Source: an uncultured Actinomycetes bacterium
GTDB lineage: Bacteria > Actinomycetota > Thermoleophilia > UBA2241
Length of the DNA stretch: 50,076 bases
NCBI GenBank assembly: GCA_963709345.1
Contig: CAVPVX010000005.1
Coordinates: forward strand, 1-50,076
Reading direction: 5' to 3'
The notes under the pieces are model-generated. The model saw only the letters and a program-made list of their open reading frames with translations. It searched no databases and was not told the DNA's origin. The translations under genes and the position numbers were made by a program. Shown here one piece after another: positions 42,036 through 50,076 of the stretch (its first letter is position 1; the number at the start of each line of letters is the position of its first letter).

Positions 42036-43385
42036 GGCGCAGAGCTGCGCCAGGCTCACGGCCTTCAGGCCTTTCTTCTTGAGCCCCTTGAGGATCAGCG
42101 GCATCGCGGCATCACTGTTCCACTGGGTGTGGAAGACGATGATCGCGCCGGGTTTGGCGGCGGCGAGCGCATTGGCGGCGACCTGGTCGGCGGACAGACC
42201 CCTCCAGTCGCCGGCGTCACCGTTCCACATCACCACGTACCGATACCCGGCGTCGCCGGCCGCCTTGACCGTGGTGGCGGTCTGCGACCCGTAGGGCGGG
42301 CGGAAGAACGGCTGCGGGATCGCCTTGCAGGCCTTCCACCAGGCGTCGGCGTTGCGGTTCAGCTGGTCCACCTGCTCGGAGTACGAGATCGTGCTGAAGT
42401 CCGGATGATCGTAGCTGTGGTTCCCGAGCGTCTGACCCTGCTCGACGGCGAGCTTGGCCATCTCCGGATACCTGTCGACGCTGACGCCGGTGCAGAACCA
42501 GGTGCCGAGCGAGTCGTGGGAGTACAGCTTGTTCATGAGGCTACGCCAGGCGTACCCTGAGCCGCCGTCGAACGTGAGGGCGACCTCTCTGCCGGCTGCG
42601 GGCAGGTCGGTGATGATGCGCGCCTTGACGGGGCGCACGCAGGCTATCGCGGCGCGCTCCTCGGTGACGTTGCCGGCGGCGTCCTCGGCGCGCACACGCA
42701 GCCAGTAGGTGCCCGGCCCCAGCTTCTCGCCGTCGACGGTCGGCACCTTCCAGGTTACCGAGGCGGCTCCCGCCGGAGTCACCGGCTGCCCTTGCTCGCC
42801 GACCGGCTTGTTGAGGACGTCGACGACCGCCCAGTCGGCCTTGACACCTTCCTCTGGCGGCACCGTGATCGACAGCTTGACCGTCCCGGCGCCGTCGATG
42901 CGCTCCGGCGAGACGGTGACGGAGGTCACTCTCGGCGGCCTCGTGTCAATGCCCACCTTGACGCTGGCGGCGATATCGCCGCCCCCGAGCGGCCGCACGT
43001 CCACGGTGTGCAGGCCGTCTCCGGAATGATCGGCCGGCCCCCGCACGTGGGCGCGTTTGCTCTCTTGCCAAGCGCCGTCGTCGACGCGCCAGCCGGCGGC
43101 GATGGGCTTGTCGTCGGCGTCGCGGAAACGCAGGGTGACCGGACCGGTGTGCCAGATGTCCTCGGCGCCGATGACGCGCAGATCCCGACTGCCCGCATTG
43201 TCGCCGCTCGCCGTGGCCGACGAGGCGCCGGGCCACGGCAGGCCGAGGTGGCCGAACCAGGGGCCGGCGACCGCGACGGCGAGCGCGACGACGACGAGGA
43301 CCGCGACGAGCGCGGTGAGCCGGCGGCGGCGCCGCCGGCGGCGAAGCGCCTCGCGGCGCTCCGCAAACCGCGGCGCTGTGTTCAC
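42015..43385 (-). CDS. Membrane-anchored polysaccharide deacetylase (NodB/CE4)
   Basis: Arg-rich N-terminus and TM segment; VALTFDGG, GNHSYDHP, FFRPPYG, DW and PGAIIVFH. Confidence 0.85.
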   Translation of the reverse strand: MNTAPRFAERREALRRRRRRRRLTALVAVLVVVALAVAVAGPWFGHLGLPWPGASSATASGDNAGSRDLRVIGAEDIWHTGPVTLRFRDADDKPIAAGWRVDDGAWQESKRAHVRGPADHSGDGLHTVDVRPLGGGDIAASVKVGIDTRPPRVTSVTVSPERIDGAGTVKLSITVPPEEGVKADWAVVDVLNKPVGEQGQPVTPAGAASVTWKVPTVDGEKLGPGTYWLRVRAEDAAGNVTEERAAIACVRPVKARIITDLPAAGREVALTFDGGSGYAWRSLMNKLYSHDSLGTWFCTGVSVDRYPEMAKLAVEQGQTLGNHSYDHPDFSTISYSEQVDQLNRNADAWWKACKAIPQPFFRPPYGSQTATTVKAAGDAGYRYVVMWNGDAGDWRGLSADQVAANALAAAKPGAIIVFHTQWNSDAAMPLILKGLKKKGLKAVSLAQLCADAGLPY

Positions 43386-44080
43386 GGGCGTTCCAGCCGC
43401 AACCCGGCGACGTCGTAGCTGAAGCTGATGATCCGGTCGGCGAACACGATGTCCATGTCCGCCTGCACGCCCACAGGCAGCGCCCTGAAACGGTCGCGGA
43501 TGAGATCGGCCTTGGGACCCGGCACCGCCGCGGCCTGGAGCCAGTAGTCGAGGTCGGTCGTGCGCCGCAGGCGCCCGTGCCGACTCACAACGAGCCCGGT
43601 GCGCTCGACGATCGAGTCGAGCTCTTCCACCCGGTAGTGACGGCGGTGCGCCGGCTCCCGCAGACGGGCGAGCTCGTTGAACGCCTTGTCGGTGGCCGCA
43701 TCCACGACGGGATCGAGGAGCACGATGCGGCCGCCGTCGGCGAGTACGCGGCGGAGCTCCACGAGCGCCGCCGTCGGCTCGGGCAGCAGGTGAAAAGCGT
43801 TGCGGCAGACGATCAGACCGAAGGAGCCGTCCTTATGCGGCAGCGCATACAGGTCGACGAGCGTGAAGGCGACGTTGAAGAGGCCGAGCTCCTCGGCGAG
43901 CCGGCGGCCCTCGTCGAGGGTGTCCGGCAACTCGTCGGCAGCCTCAACGGTCGCGACCTCCGGCGCCACGGCGAACCCGGCGATGCCTGCGCCGGCCGCG
44001 TAGTCCAGTACCACGTCGTCGGCGGCCGGGCGGGCGAGGTCGATAAGCAGGTCCAGCGATGCGTCACGCATCTGTTCCAC
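43382..44080 (-). CDS. Class I SAM-dependent methyltransferase (UbiE-like)
   Basis: VLDYAAGAG, LP..DGSF.LI.CR.AFH and E..RVL..GG. Confidence 0.75.
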   Translation of the reverse strand: MEQMRDASLDLLIDLARPAADDVVLDYAAGAGIAGFAVAPEVATVEAADELPDTLDEGRRLAEELGLFNVAFTLVDLYALPHKDGSFGLIVCRNAFHLLPEPTAALVELRRVLADGGRIVLLDPVVDAATDKAFNELARLREPAHRRHYRVEELDSIVERTGLVVSRHGRLRRTTDLDYWLQAAAVPGPKADLIRDRFRALPVGVQADMDIVFADRIISFSYDVAGLRLERP

Positions 44081-44122
44081 AGCGTCTCCCTTCGTCGCCG
44101 GCTCCCGGCCCGAACGGGCCGG

Positions 44123-47374
<3,252 letters not shown>

Positions 47375-47535
47375 GAGACTCGCTTTCTTCCTGCTGCGGA
47401 CCGGATTGTTGATTCTACCAGACCGGCGCGGTCCGCTTCGGCGCGCGTCGGAACGCGACCGGCGGCCGCTGGCGCGCAGCTCACTTGTGTGACCCTCCGC
47501 GCGCCCCGGCCGCCCGGCCCGTGTACACTTTCGGC

Positions 47536-48258
47536 ATGGCCTCTGACGATGCACAGCCGGCGGGCGACGGCCGCCGCATCCTCGCCTTGCTCGACTACGA
47601 CGGAACGATCACCACCCACGAGTGCAACGAGATCGCGCTCCAGCCGCTGGTCGGCGACAAGTGGTGGGCGCTTGAGGAGGAGGCCTACGCGGACCGCATG
47701 AGCCACGCCGAGGTCTTCCAGCGGCAGATCCGGCTGATCCGGGCGCCGCGGACGGAGCTGATCGGCGCCCTCCTCGACGTGGCCGAGCCGATGCGGGGCC
47801 TTAAGGACTTCTTCACTGCGTTGCAGGTGCGCGACGGCCACTCGGCGATCGTGAGCGCCGGCGTGCGCGAGGCCATCGAGGCGTTCTGGCGCCGCGAGGA
47901 GCTGCCGCCGATGCGGCTCTATGCCAGCGAGCTCGTCGGCGAAGGCCCGGACGACGGACCTCCCTATCGTCTCGAGTTCAGCGACGCGCTCGGCGACTGC
48001 CCGCGCTGCGGCCTGGCCAGCTGCAAGGCGGCGATCCTGCGTGCCCTGCGCCGCCCGGGCGACGTGGTGCTCGTCTTCGGCGACGGGCCGAGCGACCTCT
48101 GCCCCGCGCGCGAGGCCGACCTCACCTTCGCGCGCGGTCACCTCGCCGAGCGCTGCGCCGCCGAGGGCCTCGAGTGGCGGCCGCTCTCGGACTTCGGCAC
48201 GGTCATGGATGAGGTCGACGCATGGCTGGCCGACCGCGAGGCGGCGCAGCCGGCCTGA
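47536..48258 (+). CDS. HAD-IB phosphatase, MtnX-like
   Basis: LDYDGTIT, IVSAG, C..CG..CK and GDG.SDLC.AR.ADL.FA. Confidence 0.75.
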   Translation: MASDDAQPAGDGRRILALLDYDGTITTHECNEIALQPLVGDKWWALEEEAYADRMSHAEVFQRQIRLIRAPRTELIGALLDVAEPMRGLKDFFTALQVRDGHSAIVSAGVREAIEAFWRREELPPMRLYASELVGEGPDDGPPYRLEFSDALGDCPRCGLASCKAAILRALRRPGDVVLVFGDGPSDLCPAREADLTFARGHLAERCAAEGLEWRPLSDFGTVMDEVDAWLADREAAQPA

Positions 48259-48327
48259 CCGCGGCGCCCTGCGGCCCGGCCGCCGGCGCAGCCGGCCTGA
48301 CCGCGGCGCGCTGCGGCCCGGCCGCCG
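48242..48327. repeat. 42-bp tandem duplication spanning the phosphatase stop codon
   Basis: CGGCGCAGCCGGCCTGACCGCGGCGC(C/G)CTGCGGCCCGGCCGC occurs at 48242 and 48284. Confidence 0.8.
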
Positions 48328-48437
48328 CCCCCGTTTTGCGCGCTCGGGGGCATCGCGTATCATGACGGCGGCCCGCTGCCGCGCGGCCGGCGCCGCGGCG
48401 CCGCGCGGCCGTCCTCCCCGCCGTCCCAAGGTGATCC

Positions 48438-48857
48438 TTGAACGCTCGCTTCCAGAAGAACAGCAAGCAGTTCGTCAAGTTCGCCATCGTCGGCGCCACC
48501 GGCACCATCGTCAACCTCGCGGTCCTCAAGGTGACACTGCTCATCTGGGGCGCGTTCGCGGCCGAGACGCCGTTCGCGATCGAGGTCTTCGCCAGCGGCC
48601 TGGCGTTCTGCGTCGCGGTCGTCAACAACTACCTGCTCAACCGCCGGTGGACCTTCCGCTCCACCGGCAGAATGGGCGGTGAGTTCGCCAAGTTCCTCAC
48701 CGTGAGCGTCGCCGGACTCGGCTTGAACGAGCTCGCCTTCTGGCTCTTCCGCGGCGAGCTCGGCGTGGACGTCATGCTCAGCCAGCTCTTCGCGATCGGC
48801 TGCGTCCTCCCGTTCAACTTCGTCGTCAACAAGCTCTGGAGCTTCCGCGGCGCGTGA
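48438..48857 (+). CDS. GtrA family protein
   Basis: QFVKFAIVGATGT.VN, NYLLNRRWTF and NF..NK.WSF. Confidence 0.85.
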   Translation: MNARFQKNSKQFVKFAIVGATGTIVNLAVLKVTLLIWGAFAAETPFAIEVFASGLAFCVAVVNNYLLNRRWTFRSTGRMGGEFAKFLTVSVAGLGLNELAFWLFRGELGVDVMLSQLFAIGCVLPFNFVVNKLWSFRGA

Positions 48858-50076
48858 ACGAGCCGGCGACAAGCGAGCGCCCGGCGGCGGTCAGAACGCC
48901 CAGCGCACCGCTGGCGATCCTCGTGGCCGCCGGCCTCACGCTGCTCGTGCTCATCGTCCTGCTGCCGAATCTCTGGTACGGCCTTCACGACATCTCCGAC
49001 ATCGGCGTGTACCACGGGTACGCGGAGCGCATCGCCGCCGGAGAGAGCCCGTTCACGCCCTCCTTCACGGTCGAGTACCCGCCGCTCGCCGTGCCGCTCT
49101 TCCGGCTGCCCGGCCACACCGCGGATCGCGACGCCTACACCCACTGGTTCACCATCCTCATGGGCGCCTTCACCGTAGCCACGGCGGCGGTGACCGCCCT
49201 CGCCGCCTGCCGCATGTGGCCGCGCGGCGGGCGCGCCTACGTCGCCGCGGTCCTCTTCCCCGTCGGCGTGGCGCTCACCGGCGCCATCATCGTCAACCGC
49301 TACGACGTCGTCGTTGCGCTGCTCATCGCCGTGTTCCTGCTCTGCCTCACCGGCCGCTGGTACACCGCGGCCGGGTTCGTCCTGGGCATGGGCTTCGCCC
49401 TCAAGATCACGCCCGTCGCGCTCCTGCCGCTGGTCCTGATACTCGCCGGCCCGCCGCGACGCTGGCTCTGGCCTCTGGTCGCCTTCGCGGCCGCGGCCGT
49501 CGCGCCCTTCCTCCCCTACGTCTTCACCTCATGGGAAGGCATCTGGTACGTCTTCCAGTACCACCTCGAGCGGCCGCTCCAGATCGAGAGCGTGCTCGGC
49601 ACGCCGCTGCTGTTCGGCGAGCTCACCGGCGTGATCCAGGCCACGTGGGGCCACAGCCACGGCTCCCACTCGCTGGTCGCGCCCGGCGTCGGCGCGCTCG
49701 CCGACCTCTCCGGCGGCTTCACGCTCCTGGCCGTCGCCGCCGTCTACTACGTGGCCTGGCAACGCCGCGCGCACCTGAGCGCCTCCCTGCCCGACCAGGC
49801 GCTCACCGTCCTCGCGCTCATCCTCGCACTGATGACGTTCGGTAAGGTGCTCTCGCCGCAGTACTTCATCTGGACGCTCCCGGCGTGGGCGCTGGTCGCC
49901 GCGCGCGACAAGTGGGTGGCCCTCCTCGGCGGCCTTGCACTCCTGCTCACCCAGGTCGAGTTCCCCGCGCTCTACTGGCGCCTGCTCGACATGTCGCCCG
50001 AGACTCTGGTGGTGGTCGTGGCGCGCAACACGCTGCTGCTGGGGGTGTTCCTGTTCACGCTGTGGCGGTTGTGGGG
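48854..50076 (+). CDS. GT87 (DUF2029)-family membrane glycosyltransferase, 3'-partial
   Basis: Open frame from GTG 48854 with SD..VY, VEYPPLA, NRYD, KI.P, R.LQIES and KVLSPQYFIW; many TM segments. It is absent from the ORF track because it has no stop in the window. Confidence 0.8.
   Translation, partial: MNEPATSERPAAVRTPSAPLAILVAAGLTLLVLIVLLPNLWYGLHDISDIGVYHGYAERIAAGESPFTPSFTVEYPPLAVPLFRLPGHTADRDAYTHWFTILMGAFTVATAAVTALAACRMWPRGGRAYVAAVLFPVGVALTGAIIVNRYDVVVALLIAVFLLCLTGRWYTAAGFVLGMGFALKITPVALLPLVLILAGPPRRWLWPLVAFAAAAVAPFLPYVFTSWEGIWYVFQYHLERPLQIESVLGTPLLFGELTGVIQATWGHSHGSHSLVAPGVGALADLSGGFTLLAVAAVYYVAWQRRAHLSASLPDQALTVLALILALMTFGKVLSPQYFIWTLPAWALVAARDKWVALLGGLALLLTQVEFPALYWRLLDMSPETLVVVVARNTLLLGVFLFTLWRLW

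Noticed and set aside
47375-47535. ileS T-box leader
   Set aside because: No GGTGGNACCGCG antiterminator motif is present, and a TAGAAT -10 lies only about 40 bp upstream of the start.

Overview
High-GC DNA; the gene content suggests an anaerobic actinobacterium such as Thermoleophilia (inference). There are three zones. (1) 1-8754: a co-directional catabolic cluster encoding a non-pyrrolysine MttB-family methyltransferase, class III aminotransferase, D-glutamate cyclase-like protein, MJ0158/SelA-like PLP enzyme, tungsten AOR, HOGA-like aldolase and CCG Fe-S protein. Its first 4.2 kb carries many single-base frameshifts. (2) ~9030-20800: a mosaic accessory region. It holds two attP-like sites built around the 5' half of tRNA-Arg(CCT) with arm-type repeats, three differently broken copies of one phage-type tyrosine integrase, an IS481 scrap and cargo genes. 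It also holds an integron-like array at 11087-13150: an attI-like site and three attC sites delimiting two toxin-antitoxin cassettes and an ASCH cassette. No IntI is present; a non-IntI integrase remnant lies divergently next to the array. (3) 21000-50076: mostly core genes, including an ABC binding protein, CDF transporter, a GGDEF-EAL gene convergent with an acyltransferase, an apparently ferredoxin-type glutamate synthase, glnA, nadE, lysC-asd, trxB-trxA, a deacetylase, type 2 ileS with a GXHH motif, GtrA and GT87. All family calls come from motif recognition by eye; no searches were run.
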